NCBI GenBank assembly: GCA_964471945.1
Contig: CAYYIJ010000001.1
Span: 48,168-112,167, forward strand
DNA: 64,000 bases
Direction: 5' to 3'
From: an uncultured Chlorobiaceae bacterium
GTDB lineage: Bacteria; Bacteroidota; Ignavibacteria; UBA10030; SZUA-254
A program made the position numbers and the translations under genes. The notes beneath the pieces were generated by a model. The model was not told where the DNA came from, made no database searches, and worked only from the letters and a program-made list of their open reading frames with translations. Positions 18,747-29,600 of this stretch are shown here, one piece after another; position 1 is the first letter of the stretch, and the number at the start of each line of letters is the position of its first letter.

Positions 18747-20240
18747 ATGGAGAACAATATGAAAAAATATCAAAATTTTATTAACGGCAAGTGGTGTGAT
18801 GCCAAATCTGGAAAAACATTCGAGAACCGCAACCCAGCCAACTGGAGTGAGATAGTTGGTATCTTCCCAAAATCTGGGAAAGAGGATGCTGAAGAAGCGA
18901 TAAAAGCTGCACGAACAGCATTCGAAAAATGGCGGCTCGTGCCTGCACCTAAGCGTGGAGACATTCTTAAAAAAGTCGGCGACATAATGAGCAGCCGTAA
19001 AGATGAGATTGCAAAACTCATGACTCGCGAAATGGGTAAAGTTCTCACCGAAACAAAAGGCGATGTACAAGAAGGAATCGATACAGCGTACTACGGTGCA
19101 TCCGAAGGGCGCAGACTTTTCGGCAAGACAGCACCATCTGAGCTTTCAAACAAATTCAACATGGCGATACGTGTTCCAATCGGTGTGGCTGGAGTGATTA
19201 CACCATGGAATTTTCCGATGGCAATTCCAACATGGAAAATATTTCCTGCACTGCTTTGCGGTAACACAGTTGTCTTTAAGCCCGCATCCGATACACCAGC
19301 AACAGCAACGGTACTTGTAGAAATTTTATCGGAAGCAGGTGTTCCTGAAGGTGTTGTCAACATCGTTCATGGCGGTGGTGGTGAAGTTGGTAATGCAATA
19401 GTCGGAAGTCCCGATGTGGATTTAGTCAGCTTCACTGGCTCGACTGAGATTGGAATAAAGATTTCCGAGATGGGCAGTAAAACATTGAAGCGTATCTCGC
19501 TCGAACTCGGTGGTAAGAATGCACAGATTGTTATGGACGATGCCGACTTGAATCTTGCACTCGATGGCGTGCTTTGGGGAGCGTTTGGAACAACCGGTCA
19601 GCGTTGCACTGCAACCAGCCGATTGATTTTGCACGAAAAAGTTTTCGATAAGTTCATGTCGATGCTTATTGACCGCACTAAGAAACTCCGACTTGGCGAT
19701 GGACTTCTTCCAACTACCGATGTTGGACCTTGCGTAAACGAAGGGCAAAGAAATACTGATCATAGCTATGTTGAGATTGGATTGAAAGAAGGTGCAAAAC
19801 TTTCATGCGGTGGCGATATAGGAAAAGGCGGCGACCTCGACAACGGTTGGTTCTATCAACCGACTATCTTTACTGAAGTAACTCCCGATATGCGAATTGC
19901 AAAAGAAGAAATTTTCGGTCCGGTGCTTTCTGTTATCAGAATAAAATCGCTTGAGGAAGCAATCAACGTTCTCAACAATACCATCTACGGACTCTCGTCT
20001 TCTATTTATACGAAGAATGTGAACGATGCATTCAGAGCCATTCGAGATATCAAAGCTGGAATTACTTACATCAACGCACCGACAATTGGGGCAGAAGCTC
20101 ACATGCCGTTCGGTGGCGTGAAGCAAACAGGTAACGGTCACCGCGAAGGCGGCTGGACAGTTTACGACTTCTTCAGTGAATGGAAAACTGTGTACATCGA
20201 TTACAGCGGCGGATTGCAGAGGGCGCAAATAGATACTTGA
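18747..20240 (+). CDS. NAD(P)-dependent aldehyde dehydrogenase family protein.
   Basis: 497 aa. ALDH motifs VVFKPASDTP, ELGGKNA and FGTTGQRCTATSR. Confidence 0.85.
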   Translation: MENNMKKYQNFINGKWCDAKSGKTFENRNPANWSEIVGIFPKSGKEDAEEAIKAARTAFEKWRLVPAPKRGDILKKVGDIMSSRKDEIAKLMTREMGKVLTETKGDVQEGIDTAYYGASEGRRLFGKTAPSELSNKFNMAIRVPIGVAGVITPWNFPMAIPTWKIFPALLCGNTVVFKPASDTPATATVLVEILSEAGVPEGVVNIVHGGGGEVGNAIVGSPDVDLVSFTGSTEIGIKISEMGSKTLKRISLELGGKNAQIVMDDADLNLALDGVLWGAFGTTGQRCTATSRLILHEKVFDKFMSMLIDRTKKLRLGDGLLPTTDVGPCVNEGQRNTDHSYVEIGLKEGAKLSCGGDIGKGGDLDNGWFYQPTIFTEVTPDMRIAKEEIFGPVLSVIRIKSLEEAINVLNNTIYGLSSSIYTKNVNDAFRAIRDIKAGITYINAPTIGAEAHMPFGGVKQTGNGHREGGWTVYDFFSEWKTVYIDYSGGLQRAQIDT

Positions 20241-20526
20241 GGGAGGATGTAAGTAGTTGAGTAGATTAGTAGTTGAGCATTTTCCTCCCTAGGATAGGAT
20301 TTGCCGATAACAATATAAAATCAATATCTCAGAATTTTTTTGTCATTACTGCTGTTGCAATATATTGTTATCGATGGGGAAATGCTAAGAATAACTGTTT
20401 TCAATCTGTAGAGATTTTCAATTAATTATTCTAGATGTTTGCTAATGATTAATATTAAATATATATTAGGATAATCAAAGGCTTATTTACGATATTTTTA
20501 CAAACACAGTCTTAATTTTAGGTTAG

Positions 20527-21822
20527 GTGACTAAAATGCTTATAGAATTTACAGTTGAAAATTTCAGATCAATTAAGGGAAGACAAACCTTATCACTGCT
20601 CTCGTCTGGTAAAGTTAGTGAACATCCAGAAAATTTAATTATTACTAAAGATAACCTCAGGGTAAATAAATCTACAATTATTTATGGGCGTAATGCATCA
20701 GGTAAAACTAATTTCTTGATGGCGATGAAAGCACTCGAATTTCTAGTAAGAAGGTCTGTTCATTTTAAAATAGATCAAGAGATACAACCATATGAACCGT
20801 TTAAGCTAGATAAAAACTCAAGTGACAAACCGATCAGTTTGGAAATCGATTTTATCGCAAAAGATAATGTTAGGTACAAATACTCGGTATCATTTTCAAA
20901 ATCTGAAATAATTCATGAATCGTTATTTTATTATCCGAAGGGTCAACCTGCTAAGCTGTTTATGAGGGAAAACAAAAAACCTATTATTTTTGGTACGTCA
21001 ATAAAAGGTGATAGACGCAGTGTTGAGAAACAATTATTGAGTAATCAACTTTTTCTATCCAAGGGAGCAAACAGTAACATTGAACAACTAAAAATACCTT
21101 ATCTTTTTTTTAATAAATACATTTTTGCAAGAATTTATAGTGATTTTGATTTTGATGATTCTCTTATCAATAGTTATACAAGAGCTATTGCAGAAAAAAA
21201 AGATACAAAGTTAAAAGAAAATCTTGATAAGTTGATAAGGATTGCTGATACAGGTATCTCATCTATTATAGTTAATGAAGTAGCGGTTGATAAAATAAAA
21301 TTCCCGGACGGTTTATCGGAGGATGCTAAAAGGCGAATAATAGATAGAAATAAGTATGAGATAAAAACAATTCATAAAATCTATAATGAAGGCATTACAT
21401 CAGGTGAAATCACTTTTGACTTACATGATGAATCAATGGGCACAATAAAATTATTAGCAGTAGGTGGAATGATTCTCGATGCTTTAAGTGATGGTACTGT
21501 TTTAATCATCGATGAATTAGATAAAAGTTTACACCCATTGTTAACCCGTGTACTAATAAAGTTATTCCATAACTCCATAACTAATCCCAACAATGCACAG
21601 CTAATATTTGCGACTCACGATGTCTCCCTTATGGATAAGGAGTTATTTAGACGAGATCAAATCTGGTTTACCGAGAAGGAAATTGATGGGGCTACGAAGC
21701 TATATTCGCTATCAGATATAAAAGGAGTTCGGAAAGAATATTCATATGAAAAATGGTATCTGAGTGGGAGATTCGGTGGTACACCGGTTATCAACGAACA
21801 CGAGTTGATATCTAGTTTTTAA
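20527..21822 (+). CDS. AAA_21/ABC-type ATPase, AbiLi-like (OLD-family-like ATPase without a nuclease domain).
   Basis: Walker A GRNASGKTN, Walker B LIIDELDKSLHP, H-loop IFATHD. Lower GC than flanking genes. Confidence 0.8.
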   Translation: MTKMLIEFTVENFRSIKGRQTLSLLSSGKVSEHPENLIITKDNLRVNKSTIIYGRNASGKTNFLMAMKALEFLVRRSVHFKIDQEIQPYEPFKLDKNSSDKPISLEIDFIAKDNVRYKYSVSFSKSEIIHESLFYYPKGQPAKLFMRENKKPIIFGTSIKGDRRSVEKQLLSNQLFLSKGANSNIEQLKIPYLFFNKYIFARIYSDFDFDDSLINSYTRAIAEKKDTKLKENLDKLIRIADTGISSIIVNEVAVDKIKFPDGLSEDAKRRIIDRNKYEIKTIHKIYNEGITSGEITFDLHDESMGTIKLLAVGGMILDALSDGTVLIIDELDKSLHPLLTRVLIKLFHNSITNPNNAQLIFATHDVSLMDKELFRRDQIWFTEKEIDGATKLYSLSDIKGVRKEYSYEKWYLSGRFGGTPVINEHELISSF

Positions 21823-21823
21823 T

Positions 21824-22441
21824 ATGGCTAATCGACTCAGACAAAATAAAATTCTACCCCTTAGAAAAAGGGGACTGATTCTATGTGAAGGAAAAACAGA
21901 AATAAGTTACTTCAATGGATTGAAACATGACGAGATGGTTAGAAGGCGTCTTTCTGCAATAGATATTTACATCGGTCAGCCCTCAAATTACTCACCACTA
22001 GGTCTTGTGAAAGAGGCTAAGGAGAGAAAAAAACAAGCTATAAGGGAAAAGAATCACTATGATTTTGTGTGGTTGGTGTTTGATAGGAATGGTCATGATA
22101 AAGTACCAGAAGCATTCAATATGGCACATTCAAATAAAATTAAAATTGCTTTTTCGGTTAGGTGTTTTGAGTTTTGGTTCTTATTACATTTCACTCAATC
22201 GCTAAAACCATATACGAAATGCGATGAATTAATTCATGAATTGAAAAAGAAATATCATCGTTATGATGGCTCTATCAATCACTATGAAGAATTGAAAGCT
22301 CAAACCTTGACTGCAATAAGTAATGGTGCCTGGGTAATCAAGCAAAATCAAAATGATATAGACAGGGGTACACCTTTGTACGATTTAAATGCTTATACTG
22401 ACGTACATCTACTCGTGGAGTATTTACTTAATTTGTCATAA
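21824..22441 (+). CDS. RloB-family protein, AbiLii-like partner.
   Basis: N-terminal LILCEGKTEISYF matches the RloB signature (ILIVCEGEKTEPNYF). Starts 2 bp after the ATPase stop. Confidence 0.7.
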   Translation: MANRLRQNKILPLRKRGLILCEGKTEISYFNGLKHDEMVRRRLSAIDIYIGQPSNYSPLGLVKEAKERKKQAIREKNHYDFVWLVFDRNGHDKVPEAFNMAHSNKIKIAFSVRCFEFWFLLHFTQSLKPYTKCDELIHELKKKYHRYDGSINHYEELKAQTLTAISNGAWVIKQNQNDIDRGTPLYDLNAYTDVHLLVEYLLNLS

Positions 22442-22532
22442 ATAAATTTGATATAAAACGGTTCATCTGTGGACCTCGAATCTGAAATACTCAAAGAGCA
22501 TTCTAAGAGGCAGGTGTTATAGGAATGTGAAT

Positions 22533-22562
22533 AAAAAAAGTCGGCTATTAACCGACTTTTGA
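22533..22562. terminator. Bidirectional rho-independent terminator between convergent genes.
   Basis: aaaaaagtcggctattaaccgacttttg: 8-bp perfect stem flanked by an A-run and a T-run. Confidence 0.6.
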
Positions 22563-22595
22563 ATGTTATTGTGATATTAAAAGTTCAAGAAATCT

Positions 22596-25500
22596 TTATC
22601 GGATTAATACCATCTTTTTAACTTGAGTGAAAGTCTTTGCCAGATGAGCCAATCCCACTACACTAATTCGATAGAAATACATACCGCTTGCTACTGGAGT
22701 TCCTTTACCATTCGTAGAGTTCCATTTTATGGATTTTATACCAGCATCTTGAATATCATCAACGAGTGTGATTACTTCCTGACCGAGAATGTTATAGATT
22801 TTTAATTTGACATCTGAGGTTACAGGTAGCGTATATTCGATATTGGTAATAGGATTGAATGGATTTGGATAATTTTGATGTAATGAGAATGTTTCGGGGA
22901 GGTTATTGTCGGAAACGTTATTTATTAACGAATTAACAATGAGAAAATCTCCGGGTAGATTTGGTTTTACAGTAGTGATGCGGAATATTGTACCGATTTC
23001 AGGGAGAGTCTGATTGAAATTCCCTGATGGAGGTACCGCGCCAATATCGCCATTCCAATTTACTAAAACCATTCGTGCCATGACTTCAGTTTCACGATTA
23101 CCATTATAAGTACCTGCAATCATTTCGGCTTCAGCGGTTGAATATCCTGTTGCCCCGGGCGATATATCTTCAGGTCTCTGCCAATAAATCCAATCGGTAT
23201 ATGGGTCGTTTTCACCACCCGATACACTGTGATCATATGTTCCATAGAATTTTGTATTAGGTGCACCCATATTAAAGGTACGGCTGCTATCATCATCTGA
23301 TAACCAGGGGACCAATCTGTAATCGTCAGAGGGATCTATAGGTGTACCAATTCCGATATTCCATAATTCGAACGGTACCTGAAAGAAATTTGTTCCTGAG
23401 TTATAAGCATCGTAAGCCCAACCCCCACTTGATGTAAATCGTATCTCAAAATCGAACGGAACGATCTCATACCAAAAAGTTCCATTTCGTGTAGTACGAT
23501 CTATGAAAGCAGAATAACTACCTCTGTTTCCGTTATCTGCGGTATGAATGAACCATTTGGCTGGTCCAACTTGTTGCGCATCAGTGGGTCTAGTAGATGG
23601 GAAGGATGCAAAATCCGCAGCACCACCTTCGGTCGGTACTAATGGACCATTTGCATTAGCAACTACTTCAAAATTCGAGAAGCCAGGTAAAGGTGATCCC
23701 ATTTTCCATAATATTCCATCGATTACCGGGTGTGGAAATAATTCATCGGTGGAGGATGGGGAGTTGGTAAGTTTAATCTCACCGATTGTTGAATCTTTAA
23801 GTTGCCAAACAATTTGTTGGGTCATCGAGTCTCGCATAAAAGTTATTGAGTATGTATGACCGTTCAAAAGCAATGGGTCTGCGATAATCGGAGTAAGAAA
23901 ATCGGCCGGACCTTTAATCGATAATACATCTAATGTATCTCCCCAAAGAGAACCGGGATTCCAGCTTGATATTGGTACATCAAAGTTCACTAGCTTAAAG
24001 TGATGATCAAAATATATTGTGGTCGTGAAATTCAATGTATCTCCTGATGCTGGAGCGGTTAATCTTACATAGAATGAAGTATCGGAGAGTGTACCGCCTG
24101 GAATAATAGGAATCGAATTATATGGTGTTTTATTTTGTGCACTTGTAACGAAAATCTCACTGATGTCATTAGCATTATCTGGATTTTCGATATCGAACGT
24201 TAGATGAACAAGTTCATAATTATTTATCTTTTTATCTTGTTGCCCATTCTCCCATATAACTCTCCAATTTTTCAATTGTGGCAAAGGACGAATAGCGATT
24301 CGGGAATATACCCCAGTAAATGTATCGGTACGTCCTGTATATTGTACTATTAAATCAGCTTTGAAAGGAAACTTTCGATTTTCTCTTTGTTGTATGTTTC
24401 CCCAAATATTGTCTCCAGCAAATCCATCCTGATGTAAGCCATCGTCATACAAATAGGTATAGAATTCAGATTCCAATCCATACTCAGGTGAGAAATATAA
24501 TTTTACACTCGACGCGGTTGGGTATTCCGTTAGATCCACAGTCGTTGTCAACTCGGTTGTCGTAGCACTTGTACTTCTTGATGATATTGAGCATTTAGGG
24601 TAGTGGAAACCTTGGTCGTAATAGCGCTGAGCGATAACATCAGTCTTTCGCAAGTTTTTAATAGCATCGAGTCTATCTATCCCCATGCCGCCTATACATG
24701 CAAGCATCACTATTTGAGTATCACCCACAGCCAAATTGAACGGACCCGTACAAAGCATCATACGTTTATCGTCTGGACGTGGATCAAGCTCGTAAGAGGT
24801 CAATGGATCTGCAGGGTAAGTCCATCTACTTGGTTTAGTATCTCCATTTTTTTCCAAACCTCGCATCAAGTTGTACAATTCTTGGTCATTATCTGGATCG
24901 CCTTCAGCTCCACGAACGTTAATGTACCTAACTGTAGAGCTCAATCCTAAAACTTTTTTACCCGGAACTTCTCTCTGTTCAAAACCATCTGAAGTCAATT
25001 CAAGATAACGCGCGGTATCAGTTGTTGATCCGGTAACTACTGGTCCCTGGAAAAAGTCCGCACCAAATGCTGAACCACCATAACTAATTGGGTCGGTGTT
25101 ATCAGCGTTGTACATGAAAAGCATGTTCTTTACGGTATCATCAGTTCCTGGAATATTATAGAGTGTATCTGTTGCAACGAGATCATTGGAAGCCCTATCA
25201 ACATCAGAGTCAAACCATCCCGCAATATAAACATCAGAAAGATTTTTTGTTCCTTTATTTATTATTTTCCAATACATGAAAAAGACATCACTATAGCCTG
25301 AGCTATTCAATTGGATTGACGTTTGTTGTACTTCTAAGCCAAGGGGATCTTTCTGCGATGTATCAGGTATATTATGGCGGTTCGAGTCCATATCATTATA
25401 AACACACCAACTCATCAGATCTCCCACCACTAGTGGACTACCGTCACCTTTGATAGGTGCGCCATAATTTTTGGGCCAATTTGTGTAATCGTCTATACCA

Positions 25501-25985
25501 TCTCCATTACCGGGGGGAGTTCCATCGCTACCGTCAGAATAAAGTGCAAAGAGTTTGTTTAATGGAGACCCTGGATCTGTTGCGATTGGAATTTCAGAGG
25601 TATCACGCGGATTATTTTTTATCAAGGCACCGGGTTGAAATTCAGCCTCAAAATCGACTACACTAACTTTTGGTGTACCATCGACGAGTGCCCCGATCTG
25701 CAAACCTGCAGCATAAATAATATAGGTTCCAGTCCCTTTTGGGAACTCACCGCCAGCACCATTTCCAGATAGCCGACCTGCGATATCATACGCATATGGA
25801 CCGTAGTTTGTCATCTCGAAAGCCCAGTTATTACCTGCCATAGTAACTTGGTTCTGTACCATCGCTTCATTAATTTTTTTTGTTGCGATACTTTTTCTTA
25901 CCCCCTTGCCTGCCTGTCCTTGGATACTAATGATCATTAGCAACCCAATAACTAAATACAACCGAGTTTTTAAATAATTATACAT
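22596..25985 (-). CDS. Large secreted protein (1129 aa) with T9SS type-A C-terminal sorting domain.
   Basis: Signal peptide at the N-terminus. C-terminus is NYPNPFNPITNIEYTLP...VKLKIYNILGQEVITL (TIGR04183-like). No catalytic motif recognised. Confidence 0.8.
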   Translation of the reverse strand: MYNYLKTRLYLVIGLLMIISIQGQAGKGVRKSIATKKINEAMVQNQVTMAGNNWAFEMTNYGPYAYDIAGRLSGNGAGGEFPKGTGTYIIYAAGLQIGALVDGTPKVSVVDFEAEFQPGALIKNNPRDTSEIPIATDPGSPLNKLFALYSDGSDGTPPGNGDGIDDYTNWPKNYGAPIKGDGSPLVVGDLMSWCVYNDMDSNRHNIPDTSQKDPLGLEVQQTSIQLNSSGYSDVFFMYWKIINKGTKNLSDVYIAGWFDSDVDRASNDLVATDTLYNIPGTDDTVKNMLFMYNADNTDPISYGGSAFGADFFQGPVVTGSTTDTARYLELTSDGFEQREVPGKKVLGLSSTVRYINVRGAEGDPDNDQELYNLMRGLEKNGDTKPSRWTYPADPLTSYELDPRPDDKRMMLCTGPFNLAVGDTQIVMLACIGGMGIDRLDAIKNLRKTDVIAQRYYDQGFHYPKCSISSRSTSATTTELTTTVDLTEYPTASSVKLYFSPEYGLESEFYTYLYDDGLHQDGFAGDNIWGNIQQRENRKFPFKADLIVQYTGRTDTFTGVYSRIAIRPLPQLKNWRVIWENGQQDKKINNYELVHLTFDIENPDNANDISEIFVTSAQNKTPYNSIPIIPGGTLSDTSFYVRLTAPASGDTLNFTTTIYFDHHFKLVNFDVPISSWNPGSLWGDTLDVLSIKGPADFLTPIIADPLLLNGHTYSITFMRDSMTQQIVWQLKDSTIGEIKLTNSPSSTDELFPHPVIDGILWKMGSPLPGFSNFEVVANANGPLVPTEGGAADFASFPSTRPTDAQQVGPAKWFIHTADNGNRGSYSAFIDRTTRNGTFWYEIVPFDFEIRFTSSGGWAYDAYNSGTNFFQVPFELWNIGIGTPIDPSDDYRLVPWLSDDDSSRTFNMGAPNTKFYGTYDHSVSGGENDPYTDWIYWQRPEDISPGATGYSTAEAEMIAGTYNGNRETEVMARMVLVNWNGDIGAVPPSGNFNQTLPEIGTIFRITTVKPNLPGDFLIVNSLINNVSDNNLPETFSLHQNYPNPFNPITNIEYTLPVTSDVKLKIYNILGQEVITLVDDIQDAGIKSIKWNSTNGKGTPVASGMYFYRISVVGLAHLAKTFTQVKKMVLIR

Positions 25986-26062
25986 TTTTACTCCTCCATT
26001 GATATGTTGATAGATAATTTTTATTTAATGTTAGAAAAAAAATCTGACATAGTCAAGTATAA

Positions 26063-26095
26063 AAATAAAAAAAGTCGGTTGATAACCGACTTTTA
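26063..26095 (-). terminator. Rho-independent terminator.
   Basis: aaaaaaagtcggttgataaccgacttttaa, nearly identical stem to the terminator at 22533-22562. Lies downstream of the minus-strand sod remnant. Confidence 0.6.
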
Positions 26096-26121
26096 ACTCT
26101 TAAATAAGAGAAGATGTCTTT

Positions 26122-26424
26122 TTATTTACCAATTACCAACTTTTTATAGCGTTCGTTGATTCGTCCCCAATGTAGATTTGCCATGAAATTGTCGATGTAA
26201 GCTGCACGCTTTGCACCATCCTTATGATAGTATGCATGCTCGAATACATCGAGTGCAATCATTGGGATACCACCCCAGATCGCGCCATACTGGTGTTCAT
26301 CGACGAGGATATTTAGCAACCGACCAGACCATAATCTATCTACCACGAGAAGTCCCCATCCGCTTAACTTAGCTGAGATTGCAGTTGCTTTAAAATCTTC
26401 CTTCCATCTTTGAAGCATCGTCAT
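26122..26424 (-). pseudogene. sodA: Fe/Mn superoxide dismutase, C-terminal domain only (N-terminal half absent).
   Basis: 100 aa matching SOD residues ~100-200 (GSGWGLLVV...ALDVFEHAYY...NW). An in-frame stop lies 2 codons upstream of the Met. No N-terminal SOD sequence in any frame in the ~45 bp before the adjacent MITE-like element. Confidence 0.65.
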
Positions 26425-26481
26425 ACCTCAGTTAAATAAAAGCTCACTTATTGTTTCCGAATAGCTGATCATCATTGAGTA

Positions 26482-26658
26482 ACTGATGTTACGCAAGAAT
26501 ATGGTTTATCACAAAAGTTTCGCGTGTCTTTGCGTCCTCTGCGACTCTGCGTTTAACCAAAATGCTAAATTGCTCTTGGAAATGAAGAGGAACCGCAAAG
26601 ACGCTAAGAACGCAAAGGTTCGCAAAGATGATTATTTAGTTCTGTGCGTAACATCAGT
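26482..26658. repeat. MITE-like element, 177 bp, with 14-bp terminal inverted repeats and a 5-bp target-site duplication.
   Basis: TIRs actgatgttacgca / tgcgtaacatcagt. Flanked on both sides by the direct repeat GAGTA (26477-26481 and 26659-26663). Interior carries a cgcaaag triplet. The right end overlaps the acrB-like stop codon. Confidence 0.7.
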
Positions 26659-29600
26659 GAGTAACCTTTCTTTCCTCTGATAAATACGTGTACATCGCTG
26701 GTATTACATACAATGTCAGTACACCGGAAAATATCAAACCACCGATAACGGCGATACCCATCGAGACGCGGCTCTCGGAACCGGCACCAAGTCCTAATGC
26801 AATTGGCAAGATACCGAATATCGTTGATAGACTCGTCATTAGTATGGGGCGGAAACGTGCGACGGCAGAACTTTTCACTGCATCCACAATGGATAGACCT
26901 TTCGCCTTTCGCTGGTTAGCAAATTCTACTATCAGAATTCCGTTCTTAGTTACAAGTCCGATGAGCATAATCATACCTATCTGACTGAAGATATTTATAG
27001 TTTGACTGAAATACCAGAGTGTAAATAAAGCGCCTGCAATTGCGAGCGGTACAGTGAACATGATGATGAGTGGATCTCGGAAACTCTCAAACTGAGCGGC
27101 AAGGATCAAGTATGTAAGCGTGAGCGCTAAAAGAAATACAAAAATCAAACTCGACGAGCTTTCTGAAAAGTCCCGCGCGGCACCGGCGAGAGAAGTTGCA
27201 AACGATTCATCCAATACTTTATTAGCAATCTCATCCATGGCGTTAATTCCATCGCCAAGTGAATAGCCCGGCGACAGACCTGCAGAGATTGTAGCAGATT
27301 TATAACGGTTGAATCGGTACAGTTGAGGCGGATTTGCTTGTTCGGAAATGGCAACTAAGTTATCAAGTTGTATAAGCTCGCCGTTACGACTTCGCACAAA
27401 TATTGATTTTAAATCCATCGGCTCATCGCGATTTTCACGCGTAAGCTGTCCGATTACTTGATACTGCTTCCCATCTTTAATAAAGTAACCATATCGCTGT
27501 CCGCCTAATGTTAGTTGCAATGTTTGAGCAACATCGCTGATAGAAACACCGAGTGCGCGAATTCGATCTCGGTTTATTGATATTACCAACTCAGGTTTAT
27601 TAAATTTCAAATTTATATCGGATACACCAAACGCTGGATGATTATTGACTTCGTCAATGAAGCGAGGTAGTATATCTTGCAATTTTATTAGATTAGGCGC
27701 TTGAAGTACATATTGCACTGGCAATCCGAAACGCGCCATGCCTGTACCGACACTGATAGTTTGTTCTTGAGTAACGATTGTTCGTGCGTCGTTCATCTGA
27801 CGCACCCTGCGGGATAAATCCTCAGCAATATCATTCTGTGTTCGGTCACGATCAACAGGTGAATTTAATGTTATAGTCATAGAACCTGCATTTGCGCCGC
27901 CGGCAAATCCTGAAGTGTTTGCCATGACATTCCTTACTTCCGGAACTCTTTGTCTAATCACATCGATTAAACTATTCATGTAATTATCCATTCTTTCAAA
28001 CGAGGTACCTTCAGGAGCGGTAGAACTGATACGCAGTCGACTTCGGTCTTCTAAAGGTGCAAGCTCTTTTTGAATTACGATAATAAAAAGCGATAGCATT
28101 CCTGCCGATAAAAGAATTACTATAAATGCCAGCCAACGGCGCTGTAAGAAGGAATTCAAAGAGTTACGGTATAAATCAATTAATTTGTTGAAAAACGGTT
28201 CGGTCTTATTATAAAACCAGTTATGTTTACTATGAGGCTTTATGATTCGTGAGCTCAGCATAGCTGTAAGTGTTAGTGCAACAAATGCCGAAATCGCAAC
28301 AGAGCCGCCTATCACGATACCGAATTCTTTGAAAAGGCGACCTGTGAACCCTTGCAAAAAGACAATAGGCATAAAGACTGCAATGAGAGTCATTGTTGTA
28401 GAGAGTACGGCGAAGAAGACTTCCTTTGAACCTTTCAGTCCCGCCTCAATCGGGTCCATTCCTTGTTCAATCTTGGCGTAAATATTTTCCAGTACGACAA
28501 TGGCATCATCTACGACAATGCCAATTGCTAATATCAAACCCAATAAAGTTAGAATATTAATAGAAAAATCTGCAAGATACATTATGAAAAATGTTCCGAC
28601 TAAGGACAGAGGAATTGCAAATACAGGAATTAGAGTTGTTCTCCAAGCACGGAAAAAAAGAAAAATGATCAATACGACAAGTATAAATGCAATAATGATA
28701 GTCTCTTTGACCTCTTCAAGAGATGCACGAATGTATTCTGTGGTATCGAAGCCTTTGGCAAGCTCAATGTCTTCGGGTAAATCTTTCTTGATTAGTTCTA
28801 CGCGGCGGAAAAATTCGTTAGCTATAGCAATGTGATTCGACCCGGGCTGTGGTACGATTGCAATGGCAACTCGTGGTCCCGATAATCCTTTAGTTGCCGA
28901 CCGCTCGTTTTCCGGACCAAGCTCAGCAGATCCTATATCTCGAAATCGAATTATCTGTCCGTTATGCTCACGGATTATTAGGTTGTTGAATTGTTCAGGA
29001 GTCTCGAGCCGGCTGAGTGTTCTTACTGTAAGCTCGACATCGTTTCCTTCAATTCGACCGGCAGGCAGCTCAAGGTTTTCTGCATTCAACGCACTGCGAA
29101 CATCTAAAGGTGTTAGCTGATAGGCGGCGAGTTTCGCTTGATTCAGCCACAAACGCATTGAATAGCGTTTCTCTCCAAAAATCCTTACTTCACTTACTCC
29201 CGGAATAGTTTGCAGACGTTCCTTAAATGTACGGTCAGCAATATCACTTAATTGTAATAGGTTCCTGGTGTTGCTGCCTATGCTCAATATAACTATCGGA
29301 CTTGCGTCGGCATCGGCTTTTGAGACGACTGGGGGATCAACATCGGGTGGCAAATTGCGGGCGGCGCCTGCTACTTTATCTCGCACATCGTTTGCGGCTG
29401 TTTCGAGATCAACCGCTAAGTCGAATTCGATTGTGATTGAGCTTCGACCGTCTCGACTTGTAGAGTTGATTGTGCGAATTCCCGGTACACCACTTATTGC
29501 ATCTTCAAGACGCTCTGTAATCTGCGATTCGATTACATCTGCATTCGCACCCGTATATGCTGTATTAACGGTTATTATTGCAGGGTCAACATTTGGATAT

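Noticed and set aside
20240-20290. Stem-loop gagggagga...tcctccct with a 35-nt loop containing tagttgag x2, right after the aldehyde dehydrogenase stop.
   Set aside because: It could be a terminator, but the loop is long, there is no clear U-tract, and no second copy was seen elsewhere. Kept as an unremarkable hairpin.
26486-26680. 64-aa plus-strand ORF.
   Set aside because: It is a translation of the MITE-like repeat itself. The same sequence recurs at 58551-58655 in a non-coding context.
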